Source of the DNA: Acidimicrobiia bacterium
GTDB lineage: Bacteria; Actinomycetota; Acidimicrobiia; IMCC26256; JACDBD01
Direction of reading: 5' to 3'
DNA: 64,000 bases
NCBI GenBank assembly: GCA_035938395.1
Contig: DASZGY010000021.1
Coordinates: 1,262 to 65,261 of the forward strand
In this document: one piece after another, positions 63,620 to 64,000 of the stretch
Layout: each line of letters opens with the position of its first letter
How positions within the stretch are numbered: position 1 is the first letter of the stretch
The notes under the pieces: generated by a model
Databases searched by the model: none
What the model saw: only the letters and a program-made list of their open reading frames with translations
Told to the model about the DNA's origin: nothing
Made by a program: the position numbers and the translations under genes

Positions 63620-64000
63620 GTGACCGCGCCGCCGCGTTCGGGTCAGCCCGTTGCGCCCGAGCGGGCGCACGAGACGGCCACTACGGGTCTCACCGAGGTC
63701 GAGGTCCGCGAGCGGGTCGAACGAGGCGAGACGAATGCCACCGGCGAGCGCACCAGTCGCACGTTCGGCGAGATCCTCCGGGCGAACATCTTCACCCGCT
63801 TCAACGCCATCCTGGGCGTGCTGCTCGTGGTGATCCTGGCCGTGGGGCATCCGCAGGACGCGCTGTTCGGCATCGTGCTCGTGAGCAACGCGCTCATCGG
63901 CATCGTCCAGGAGGTGCGGGCCAAGCGAACGCTCGACCAGCTCGCGGTCCTCAGCGAGCCGCACGTGCGCGTCGTGCGCGACGGCGAAGCGCGCGAGGTC
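63620..64000 (+). CDS. Cation-transporting P-type ATPase, N-terminal part (3' end outside window)
   Basis: Open frame from GTG 63620 to the window end. TGLTEVEVRERVERGETN, the first TM helices, and IVQEVRAKRTLDQL are typical of the P-type ATPase N-terminus. Confidence 0.7.
   Translation, partial: MTAPPRSGQPVAPERAHETATTGLTEVEVRERVERGETNATGERTSRTFGEILRANIFTRFNAILGVLLVVILAVGHPQDALFGIVLVSNALIGIVQEVRAKRTLDQLAVLSEPHVRVVRDGEAREV

Overview
This window is about 70% GC and reads as the chromosomal core of an actinobacterium. The gene order gltX / tRNA-Gln / tRNA-Glu, leuCD near hup, cofC / plsC / gpsA, and leuB / serA matches what is known from Mycobacterium and Corynebacterium-type genomes. I found no IS elements, integrases, prophage genes, CRISPR arrays or recognisable defence genes.

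Gene content:
- Branched-chain amino-acid biosynthesis: leuA, leuCD, and leuB-ilvE-cimA.
- serA plus an aminotransferase.
- An unusual 2-oxoacid dehydrogenase pair: a fused E1 alpha/beta and a lipoyl-less E2.
- A neutral-lipid cluster: WS/DGAT, a di-iron protein and a patatin.
- hyuAB, greA, gltX, two tRNAs, and HU followed by a separate basic-tail ORF.
- cofC, plsC-gpsA, a GH38 mannosidase, rpiB and rnhB.
- A LexA-controlled imuA'-imuB ... dnaE2 mutasome.
- A Mg/cation transport cluster.

Most of the long ORFs in the six-frame track are antisense or out-of-frame shadows caused by the high GC content.

The most interesting signal is non-coding. A 47-57 nt element occurs seven times. It consists of a GC hairpin that shows compensatory base changes between copies, followed by a nearly invariant box GGAGCTTGCGACGGCGA.
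- Six copies are co-oriented with, and end 10-25 nt before, the start codons of functionally unrelated genes: a Cys4 small protein, hyuA, plsC, a GYD protein, an Nfu-like protein and dnaE2.
- Five of those six lie 6-11 nt downstream of a TANNNT -10-like hexamer, so the element would make up the whole 5' leader.
- The seventh copy lies antisense and in-frame inside the patatin CDS.

Other notable points:
- Two leader-peptide attenuators: Leu-Leu-Leu before leuA, and Val-Ile-Val-Ile before leuB-ilvE-cimA.
- Two LexA boxes.
- A single in-frame TAG separating the HU fold from its histone-like tail.

Everything here comes from reading the sequence and recalling motifs. No database search, covariance model or folding program was run.
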